Shown in pieces: positions 21,483 to 30,951 of a DNA stretch of 30,951 nucleotides. This DNA comes from Moniliella sp. 'wahieum'. Taxonomy: Eukaryota. Position 1 is the stretch's first letter, and each line of letters starts with the position of its first letter. The DNA is taken from assembly GCA_003971905.1 (NCBI GenBank), contig RSEE01000132.1, forward strand, positions 124,001 to 154,951, given 5' to 3'. The notes under the pieces are model-generated. The model ran no database searches, was not told where the DNA came from, and worked only from the letters and a program-made list of their open reading frames with translations. The position numbers and the translations under genes are program-made.

Positions 21483-24400
21483 ATGCGAGCTGTGCTGCCC
21501 AGCAGGCCGCCTCGGGCGCCTCGCTCGGCCTCGCTCCTCGCGCTCCTCGCGCGGCCGCACACCACCTCCCCCCGCTCCCTCGCCACCTCCACCCGCCGCG
21601 CCGCGCCCAACGCGCTCTTTGACCAGCTGCTCGCCGAGATTGAAACCTCACCAGCCCTCGCCCTTGCCCGTCGCACCCCGACCCCCGCATCCACCCCATC
21701 CTCCTCCTCCTCCTCCCCATCTGCATCCACATCCACTGCCCCCACCCCCACTGGCACTGGCATTGCCACCACGGGTGCTGCGGTGCACCGTGCCAGCCGG
21801 CTGTTCCAGCACCACACCCCGCCTGACCGACTGGACTTTGACCTGGCCCCGGCCACCCTGGCTTTGTACCTTACCGCCCTGCCGCACCCCACCTCCTCGT
21901 CGGACGTATCGACCCGCCCGTCTGGATGCGCGACGGGAACCCCCAGCCTAAACACGTATCCCCAGTCGTGCCGCCTTGCTCGTACCCCCCTGGAGTCTAC
22001 CTCTCCCTCGGCGCTCTCTCCCCCCCCAAGGCGAGGACAAAGCCTTACGCAAAGCCCAAGGCGATGGGGAGATGAGGGGGGTAGCGAGGACACATCTCTG
22101 CCCCACAGCACACGTACCCTCCTGGAACACGATACGGCGTACCGAGCGGACTTCCTCGCGCGAGCCCAAACCTTTCGCACGCAACTCGATGCGCTCGTCA
22201 CGGCCGAACGTGCTGCGGCGTTCCAAGACGCTCCGCTTTCAGGTCCTTCGTGGTCCTGGCCCCTCCCGGACTTACAGAACCACTCCCACTCCTAGCTATC
22301 CCTAACTTGTCCCTCCGATTCGCTACCCCCCCCCGTGGTGCGGGTGCGGGTGCGAGGGCAGGTGCACGTGCGTCTCCCCCAGACGCGATTTTGTCCTTGA
22401 ATGGTGCCACGTTACCCCCCACTAGGCTCGCCGTGGGCGATCGCGTGTACCTCGTGCCGCAGTCTACGTCTGCGTTTGCCGCGGGTGATCCACCTACCGA
22501 TTCCCCCAGCGAGACTGCCAGCGAGACCACCGCGCCCGTGGGCAAGCCAATGTGCTCGTGGCGGCGGGGGGGTACGCGCCACTAGGCTACCCGCCCAACA
22601 CGCTGGTAGGTCGCTTGGTGAGTAAGGACGCCAAACAGGTCCGTGTGCGCGTGGAAATGTTCCTCTGGCATCTACCTCACCCTCACCCTCTGCCTCCTCT
22701 GGGTCAGGGTCAGCCTCAGCCTTATCATCGTCTGGGTCGGGGGGGTGTGTTGGCGCAACTTAGTTCGCCCTCTGTCGCTCGATCCTGGTCCCTGCAGCCA
22801 TACTTTTTCGACGCTATGGACCACAGTATTGCGCATGCGCTTCATGCGCTCACCCCACCTCGATTTGATTTCCCGTGCCCGCGCGCGCGCTCAGCACGCG
22901 TCAGCTTTCCTCCCGCGCGCGTCGGACTCGCATTCGGGGGAAGGGCCAGTCACGGGCAAGGGCAAGGCCAAGGGGATGGCCAAGGGGAAGGGGAAGGGCA
23001 AGGACCACGCGCGTGCGGAAGCGGAAGCGGATGGGGATGAGGATGTGGATACGTTGGCGGAAGTGGAAGATCGTTGGGTGGAGCATGAGATCAAGCATTC
23101 AGGATGTGGTGTGCTGGACATTTTACTTGATTTGGACGAACCACCACCGACGCGTTCTGCGCGCTCGATTCTTGCCGACTTGCCTGGCGCTCGAGCTTGG
23201 GTCGAACGTGTGCGCGCCGAGGGGGAGTCCGTCCTGCCTGTGTCTCCCCCTGGACCTGCCAGCAGCAAGACCAGCAAGACCAGCAAGACCAGTAAGACCA
23301 GCAAGATCACCAGCAGAGTAGTGGCATGCGGAGTGTTCCCAGCGGCTCTTCCGACGCCGAGAACTTGAACCACTCGCAACGACTAGCGATTGCCAACTTC
23401 ATTACGCGGCGGGTATCCTTGATCCAAGGCCCGCCTGGGACGGGCAAGACGCGCACAATAGCTGAAGCAGTCAAGTTGGTTCGTACCTGGGGCGCACGGT
23501 ATCCTATTCTGCTTACTGCCCATACCCATGTCGCTGTCAACAATTTGGCTCAGGCCGCCGACCGCGCAGGGCTCCGTGTCGTACGTGTAGGTCGCCAGCC
23601 CTATACGGCGACTATGCCACGCGGCCTGGATGTCGATGGCGATGGCGATTTCGATGGGGATGCAGAGGGAGCAGGGGTGGGGGAGTGGGTGGGGAAGACG
23701 AGGGCGAACGGCCACCGAGGATTGCCGAGTTGTCCTTGTTGCATCATGCGCGCCAACATCCCTTGTTTGAAGCGTATACTTTGGCCTGGCAGGATTACCT
23801 CGCGCAAAAGGCTGGTGCGCCCCCAGCCTCTTCCTCTTCTTCATCAACGTCTTCCCCTTCGGATTCTTCTTCCCCTTCCCCTTCGGATTCTTCTTCCCCT
23901 TCCCCTTCTTCTTCTTCTTCTTCTTCTTCATTGTCCCGCCCGGCACGGGGGACGATTATGCGATCGCAAGCGCGCGCGCACTTTCTCTGGCAACAGATTA
24001 CGCGGGACATACTCCGTTCGGCAGATGTGGTATGCTGCACCGTGATGAGCAGTACGTACGCGTCGGAGGACCTGGCGCAAATCGATTTCCCCATCGTGAT
24101 CATGGACGAGGCATCTACGGTGACCCAGCCCGTCGGCCTGATCCCACTGATGAAAGGATGTCGTCACCTGTGCCTCGTAGGCGATCAGGAACAACTTCCA
24201 CCCGTTGTACGCTCGGACCGCGCACGCGCACATGCCCTCCCTGCTGCAACGAGCTTATTTGCCTACCTGGTACAACGTCTCCAACCCCATCCTACACGGC
24301 ACCAGCCACCCACCCACTGGCACAGGCTTAGCCTCCACACTGCTCAACCAACAGTACCGCATGCACCCGTCCCTCTCGGATTTCCCCCGCACTCAGTTCT

Positions 24401-25787
24401 ACCATGGCCTCCTCCACGATCACAGGTCCACACTCCACATCCCACCGGTCCAGTCAGGCTACTTTGCTCCCGCCGCCTCTCGCTCCCAAGCTGACCCCCA
24501 ACAACCACACCACAACCGCAAGCACAACCCTCCCTCTTCCCCGCCCTGGTCTCCGCCTGGGAATGTAGCCTCCAGCGACGCAGTGCCACCCGGGACCGTT
24601 CATCAGCACCTGGCCTTTCTGCACCACACGCACTACGAGTCACGTTCCAGCGCCGCAGACGATTTCCCCCCCCTCCCTCCCCGTGCCACCATCTTCTGCG
24701 AACGGCGGCCTTTCAGGTTCGGGGATGGGTTCGGGGATGGGGATGCATTCAGGGGACGGGACGAGCGGACTGGCGAAACGCGCTGGAGCAAGTTACTTGA
24801 ACGAGTACGAAGCGACGTTTGGCAGTGGATGTGGTGTGGACGTTGGTGCGCAACCCTTCCCTGTCTGGATCGGACGTGGGCATCGTCACCCCCTACGTCG
24901 CTCAGTTGGGGCTGCTCCTCTCTAAGCTCTCCCTCCGCGCGGCTGACTTGGCTCGCACCCCGGGTCAGGTCCGTGCGTCGGGGAGTGGGTCTGGGAGTGG
25001 GAGTAGGAGTGGGAGTGGGAGTGGGAGTGGGAGTGGGAGTGGGAGTGGGAGTGGGGCACGGTCCTGGCCGAGGTGGATTAGAACTAAGTCTGGTCCAAGT
25101 GGATTCGGTCGAGTCGTTCCAAGGCCGGCAAAAAGCCGTCATGATCTTTTCCACGGTCCGGAGCAACTCGGGTGGCTACGTGGGCTTCTTGGCCAATGCC
25201 AATCGACTCAACGTCGCTCTCACCCGCGCCCAACGCGCCCTCTTTGTCCTCGGCAACTTGAACACTTGGTCCCGCGCTCAAAAACGTACCACACGCTTGC
25301 TCACTGCTACTCGTACCCGACTGGAACAGGCTCGTGCCACAGCTGCAGCCAGTGGTACTGCTACTGCTACTGCTCTGCCAGTGGTGCCGATACTGCTACG
25401 GATGCCCCTCAGGAGTCGCCCATTCTACCTCCAACCCTTGACCATAAGAACGAGCAAGCGACATCTGCCCCTCCCACGCTCCAACCGGCTCTCACCGCCC
25501 ACGCCGACGGCGACCCCACACTCGTCCCCCAGCCTGACCCCACACTCACCCCCCCTCCCACGCTCGACGACGACGAGATGGCACAGGCACAACAACGTTC
25601 GATCCAGCGCTTGAGCACGCAAGTGGCCCACCTGACCGAACAAGCTACCGGTCTAAACCGTCTTGGCCACTACCGTTCCTTTGTCCTTGCGCGCTCTGTC
25701 GTCGTGCCCATTGATCGTGGCGTCTTCTTCCCCCGTGCTGCGCGCAGGTCCCCTTCCCCCTCCCTCGCGTCCGTGCGTGAGCGGTAG
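21483..25787 (+). CDS. Superfamily 1 helicase, Upf1-like (DNA2/NAM7) family; several frameshifts; stop at 25787 or 26070
   Basis: LNHSQRLAI (Q motif), [11 protein letters not shown] (Walker A, 23428-23451), [88 protein letters not shown] and [18 protein letters not shown]. No Upf1 CH zinc domain or Dna2 nuclease domain is visible, so it is not UPF1 or DNA2 itself. Confidence 0.9.
24981..25052. repeat. (GGGAGT)n array, about 12 hexamers, encoding a Gly-Ser linker inside the helicase
   Basis: Directly visible. It lies between the IVTPY and FQGR motifs. Confidence 0.9.
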
Positions 25788-26101
25788 GTCTCCCTTAGGG
25801 AGGCGTCTATGCCCACTTCTCCTTCTCTTCTCCCTCCTCTCCTTCGCCTTCTCGTTCTCGTTCTCCCTCTCCCTCTCCCTCTCCTCCTCTGCTTCTCCCT
25901 CAGTCCCTTCCTCGGCTGTGCATTCCAGGTGGGGTTCCGGTCCAAGTCGGGGTGGGACGTGGCGCCGCACACGCGCCCCCCCGCCCGCGCCCAGCAGTTT
26001 GGTCGAAGCGTACGAGATGGACTTGGCCTTGGACTGGGACCAGCGCGCTCGTTTCTCCCCCGACCTCTGAGCACTCGCTCGGCTCCCCTTCAGCCTCGGT
26101 C

Positions 26102-26164
26102 TGGGTCGTGGGTCGTGGGTCGTGGGTCGTGGGTCGTGGGTCGTGGGTCGTGGGTCGTGGGTCA
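26102..26164. repeat. (TGGGTCG)8 plus one variant unit; intergenic G-rich heptamer array
   Basis: Eight perfect units at 26102-26157 followed by TGGGTCA. Confidence 0.95.
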
Positions 26165-26492
26165 TGGGCCTGCGGCGAGACGAGTGTATGTATGTTTGTT
26201 GCGGTCGTACGTAGGCTGTACTCCTATCCTTTTCTACTGCTTCCGTGAGGCGCTGTCTTCTATGGCGGGCTCAGTGCATAGTGTAGAGTGCATAGTGCTT
26301 GGGGCACAGTGCATGGTTGATGGTGCCACGATGGATGGCTAGGTAGATCGTCGCACGGACCAGCTTCTGCCGAGCCCACACAGGTCACGAGCCGCGTGAG
26401 CAGCCCTCCGATGTTGGGCGGCCTTCGTCCTGGTCGGGTTGGTCACGAGTGGAGGTGTGTCTGCTCCTGGCGCTTACTCCATCACGACCGCC

Positions 26493-29004
26493 ATGCCCAC
26501 GGCGACAGCGGCGGCGACGACCATGCCCACGGCGACGGCAGCGGAGACGGAGACGGCGTGGTGGTCGGATGGGACGGTGTATCCGACGCGGGAGATGGCG
26601 GTGGCGCGCGTGGTGCAGCAGCAGTTTGCCGCCAACAGATTGCCTGTCTCCGCTCTTCGCCCGCGCATCTCGCCGCCTTTGCTGAGTTGCACCTGGCATG
26701 GACCACGGATGAGGCGGGTGCCGTGCTGGAGCAGCCGCCCCTGGGGTCGAATGCCATGCCTGCCGCCGCGTCGGCAAGGAGCGCGCGGCGGCGACGTTCT
26801 CATTGGCGGAGACGGCCTCCCCCACCCCCTCGTCGGAGGCAGGCGAGTTGGAAGGCGAGGGGCGGACGCGTCAGCAGACGAGTCAGCAGACGAGTCGAAC
26901 CGCACCGCAACCACACGAGCAAAGCGCCGCGCAAGTCACGAAACGACACGCAACACTCCCCCACCGGGCTGGGTGCTGTCCCGACCAAACGCGCGCGCAC
27001 CCGCCTCGCCCACCAGCTTGACCACCACGGCGGTCCTATCCAGACCGCCTTTACCTGCCGCACCCACGACTGCCCCTTCCTCACCCTCGTCCCCCGCACT
27101 TGGCCGCCTCTCATCCCACCACCGACGACCACCCGCCCGACCCGTCCGCCTGGACCATCCGCACCTACACCGCCCACGCCGATGCCTGCCCCTGCGTGCG
27201 CGCGAGGGCCAGGAGCGCGCGCCTGGGCTGGCGCCAGGAGGTGTCGCCGCGCTCGCTCGGGTCGATGATGACGCGTTTGAAGAGAATGACGCCCAAGCTC
27301 CTGCTCCAGCAGCACCCTTTGACGTGGACGGTGCGTTTCCTGCCCTCCCGTATGCATGCATGCATACCCCCCTTTCTTTGGGCGCGCTGACCTCTTCCTC
27401 TTCCCGCCCCGAGCGGCTCTTGTCCCCAGAACACACTCGAGTGCGCTAAGCGTATCCTTCACCGTATAAGGCACCTGCGCGGCACAGCCGACGCCCGCAT
27501 CACACAGGCGGCGACTTGTCCGCTCCCGCGCCCGGTCCCCGACGCCGCGCCGACGCGTGGCACTGAGCCTATGTCCTCTAGGCCAACCTTGGCTTGGCCC
27601 ACGGACCAACGCTTTGTCAGTTCCGAAGCGGCTTTGGCTCAGGTCACCTCGACGCTCTTCCTCCACCAGAGCGGGACTAAACTTTGGTGCCTCCAGCCCT
27701 CAGTCGCCTCCTCGCCGTCGTACCAACTCCACCCGGGACCCGAGATGCACCGCCTCCTCCTCCACCCACCACAGCACACGTTCACTTGCGCGTCGCCTGC
27801 CTGTCCGTTCCTGCTCCTACTCGTGCCCACACCAAGTGGCAGGCGCACCGACTTGCCTTCCTGTGTACCATCGCATGCGCACGCGCACCCCCTACCCAGA
27901 CTTACAGTGGCGTCTGCGCCTCGTCCACTGGCACGCTCGTTCGTGTCCCCACCTGCCAGTCACGAGCACAGGCGCACCACAGTGCGTCATGACCCTGGCC
28001 CAACGCTTCGTCGCCGACTTATCCCCCCCCGAGCTCAACGAACTCACGCCCACGCAGCTGATACATCGACTCGGGGTTTTTTGGTTCAAATCGGTAGGTT
28101 TACCTTTGCCCATTGACCCTTTGCCCATGGACCGTGGACCGTTGCCCGTTGACCATTTGCCGGTGACCGTGGATCGTTCGTTGACCGGTGGGCTACGGTC
28201 TCCCCCTCCCTTCCCTTCCCTTCCCTTCCCTTCCCTTCCGCACCTCGCCTCGCGCCGGCATGCACCTTCGCCCTCTGACCATCTACCTCGCCCTCTTTGT
28301 CTTTCCAGGCCAAGTTCACCCTGTCCACGTTCCTGCGCAGTACACGCCAAGACCGCAGACGCCACGCACGCTCCCAACGTGTCCAGCACCACTCGCACGA
28401 GGACAAGGACGAGGACGAGGATGAGGATGAGGCCCATCAAGACTCGGACGCAGATTCTTGCTCGGACGATGACCCGGACTGGGAGTATGGCTCGGACGAT
28501 GACCCGGACTGGCAGTATGGCTCGGACGATGATCCGGACTGGAGTCTGGCTCGGAAACGGACTCCGACTCAGACGTGGACCCGGACTGGGACCCCACCTT
28601 GGATGGTGTGGCGGCGTGGGGCGCTCGGCGGTTCATCTTTACGCGCAGACATGTGGGCGGCAGGAGCAGGCGGACGAGCAAGCGGACGAGCAGGCGGAAG
28701 AGCAAGCGGTCGAGCAAGCGGAAAGGAAGGGCAGCAGGAAGCAGACGTGGAGGCAGAAGTGGAAGCGGACGAGGACGAGGAAGCTGACGAAGAGGGAGGG
28801 ACCGTGACGACACTCGCGGACGCGTCGACTCGGACTCTCTGTTGTGCTACTCTCGCCCCCCTCGCGGACGCTACTTTGCACGTCCTCCAGCCCACTGCAA
28901 CCGGCACACCGCCACGACGGAACAGGTGCAACCGGATGAGCAAGCGAAGAACAAGAGCAAGAGCAAGAACAATCGGAAGAGGAGGGAGACCGAAGCGGCC
29001 CTAG
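26493..29004 (+). CDS. Protein with two tandem Mutator/FAR1/WRKY-GCM1-like zinc-binding domains and an acidic tail; introns at 27331..27429 and 28094..28308; frameshifts; stop at 29004 or 29153
   Basis: ccgccATG at 26493. Copy 1: WWSDGTVYPTREMAVARV...FTCRTHDCPFL...WTIRTYTAHADACP...MTPKLLL. Copy 2: WPTDQRFVSSEAALAQV...FTCASPACPFLL...WRLRLVHWHARSCP...LTPTQLI. Both phase-0 introns (GTGCGT/GCTGAC/CAG and GTAGGT/CTGAC/CAG) join the ORFs in frame. The family assignment is my inference from motif spacing. Confidence 0.6.
28460..28555 (+). repeat. 30-bp coding tandem repeat x3 (GSDDDPDW[E/Q]Y)
   Basis: GCTCGGACGATGA(C/T)CCGGACTGG starts at 28460, 28490 and 28520. Confidence 0.9.
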
Positions 29005-29130
29005 TCAGATATTCACGTGAAGGACTGCATAACTCCGTCGATTTTCTCTATGAAAATGACGTTTTTCGTCTCAGAATTACAGAGGTTGCAAAATGTCAGG
29101 CACCACAGTGTGTAAGTGCGAAAATGTGGC

Positions 29131-29282
29131 GCCTGACAGATGGTGATCTCTGACAGTTTGGGCGCGGGGCCTGTGTGCTGGAATGCAGAGTTTACGCTGG
29201 CCCGTCTGAAACGTGCGGAGGGCGAAGGGGGTGCCTGACGGTTGGTGACCTCTGACAGTTTGGGTGCGGGCCAGTGTCCTGG
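29131..29282. repeat. Imperfect direct repeat pair of about 50 bp
   Basis: GCCTGACAGATGGTGATCTCTGACAGTTTGGGCGCGGGGCCTGTGTGCTGG (29131-29181) versus GCCTGACGGTTGGTGACCTCTGACAGTTTGGGTGCGGGCCAGTGTCCTGG (29233-29282). Confidence 0.85.
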
Positions 29283-30931
29283 CGGTGCCAGCTCGAAATG
29301 ATCGGCATGGGGGCTACTTACTAATTAGCCCGCATGTGCCGCCCGCTAACACCGCATGTGCCATGTGACTGTGACACACGCTAACGCCGCATGCGGCAAC
29401 GGATGTGACAGGGTCCGGGGCGGGGAATGTTCCGTGCGGGGTGGAGCCAGAGTGCACCGCGGTGGCATCACCGGGATGGGCATTGCATGTACGTGTGAGG
29501 ATGGGTTACAATGGGTGTGTGACATGCGACGCGCTGTGGACGCCGCGGTTTGGTGACGATGGTACGCCCGACAGGCGACCGCATCCACGTGCGTTACCGG
29601 GAGCGTTGGATGTTGAACGCCGGGGCTGGCCTGGAGCTGCAAAAGCGTGACGCGCAATGCTTGCAGCTGCTGCCAAGATGCCGCGTGCCGGAGCGGGGGG
29701 GGCGGCCTCCTGCGGAGGAGGACGCAGTGGCGCAGGGTGTGCGCTCAGGTACATCGTTGGCAGCGCCTCCCACGTCCCTCAGGCCCAGCGCTCAGTCTGA
29801 GCTGCCAGTGCTGAACGCCCAGCGCCCAGGCCTCAGGCCTTCAACGTTCAGGCCTTCGGTCCAGCTCGTTGGATTCACTGCAAAAGTGCGGCCCTGCTGT
29901 ACTGCCGGGTGGGCCTGGGGGTGCAAATGCCAACTGTGTTTCGATGCATGCTGCATATCAGGACAGTGCACACCATGCCCTGAGCTTGCCCTGAGCAAAT
30001 ATAGCCGGCCCTCCAACGCTGCTTGCGCCGTGTCCAGTCCCGACTCTTGCCTGGGTGGTGCCTAACTATTCCCAACTCCCGAGGGATGTCACGGGACTGG
30101 CTGGATGTCACGAGATCCCTGTGATACATCTAGATGTACTGGAGGGATCCCACCTGATGTATTCCAGGGTATTTTTGGCCCGGGCCGGGGGACTTCCGGG
30201 GGTGTCCTTAATTGCCCCCCCGTTTAATTAGCACCCGCCTGCCAGCACGCTGCATCACATGCCGCGCCGCCCATGTGCAACGCCATCACCGCCACCGCCA
30301 CCACCGCCCCCCCCACCCCCCGCGCCAACCGCCACCCCCCAGCGCTGCTTGCCCCACATCCACCGCCACCACCACCCCCGTACTTCCGCTTGCACCCTAG
30401 ACATATGTTCATTGATACATCTGGTATGAGTGACCGATGAAACGATCACCGGAGCCTTCAAACTGCACTAGTGTCGATTTGAGGCTCTTTTCAGCCTGCA
30501 CCTGTACGAATCGCGGCTCTACCGCTGACTCCCGACCGGTGACAGGCCTGACGTGACGACGCTCCGTCCCGCCGGCCTGACCCGTGACCGCCCAACGGTG
30601 ACAGGCATTAATTAAATACAGCGGCCGCCGCGCGCCCGCCGCCCGCCGCCGCGACCACCACCACCACCACCCGGAGGCCGTCCCCACCACCTACCCCACC
30701 ACCCAACGCAATTTTTTTTTTCAGCACACCTCCTGATCTAGCTGGCAGACACCATATTCGGTGTCCTTTGGGGGGTAGCCCAACATTTTTCTTTGAACGT
30801 GTTGTCTCGGCCCAGAGGGGGTGTCATGCTTTGGTGGCAGGGGGTATGGAAGGGCACCCTCTGGACTGGGTGTGTGTGAAATCTGAGGTCGAACGGACCG
30901 TGCACGGCTGAGATACGACGGATGGGGTGGG

Positions 30932-30951
30932 TCAGGGTTAGGTTGGGTTAG
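30932..30951 (+). repeat. Probable start of a telomeric (TTAGGG)n tract
   Basis: The window ends TCAGGG TTAGG TTGGG TTAG with the G-rich strand running 5'->3' toward the end. Only about 3.5 degenerate units are present. Confidence 0.5.

Noticed and set aside
21483..25787. Helicase as a telomere-linked RecQ helicase or Helitron RepHel
   Set aside because: The motifs are Upf1-like SF1B ([27 protein letters not shown]), not RecQ or Pif1, and no HUH Rep domain is visible.
28460..28555. 30-bp repeats as a CRISPR array
   Set aside because: Head-to-tail coding repeats without unique spacers, in a eukaryotic context with no cas genes.
29346..30690. ORFs in the terminal block
   Set aside because: Short, overlapping on both strands and without recognisable domains.

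Overview
This is a GC-rich eukaryotic window with GT-AG introns and CTRAC branch sites. It looks fungal, most likely basidiomycete, and probably runs up to a chromosome end, since degenerate TTAGGG-like units occupy the last 20 nt. Most genes are split by small indels, usually in homopolymer runs. These look like long-read consensus errors, so I rebuilt the gene models by joining frames. Eight protein-coding loci are supported, left to right: a RING-H2 + coiled-coil E3 ligase (-, truncated by the window), an unknown single-pass membrane protein (-), RAD5 (+), spliceosomal cyclophilin H (-, intact, 5 exons), NOP12 (+), a Reg1-like PP1 regulatory subunit (-), a Upf1/DNA2-NAM7-family SF1 helicase with a presequence-like N-terminus (+), and a terminal gene with two tandem Mutator/FAR1/WRKY-GCM1-like zinc domains, acidic repeats and no visible transposase catalytic core (+). 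The main leads are this candidate domesticated transposon-derived regulator, the TRAIP-like RING gene that shares a promoter cassette with RAD5, introns with distant branch points and long AG-free zones, and a palindrome-rich intergenic region at about 18.9-20.4 kb. All family calls come from motifs recognised by eye; no searches were run.
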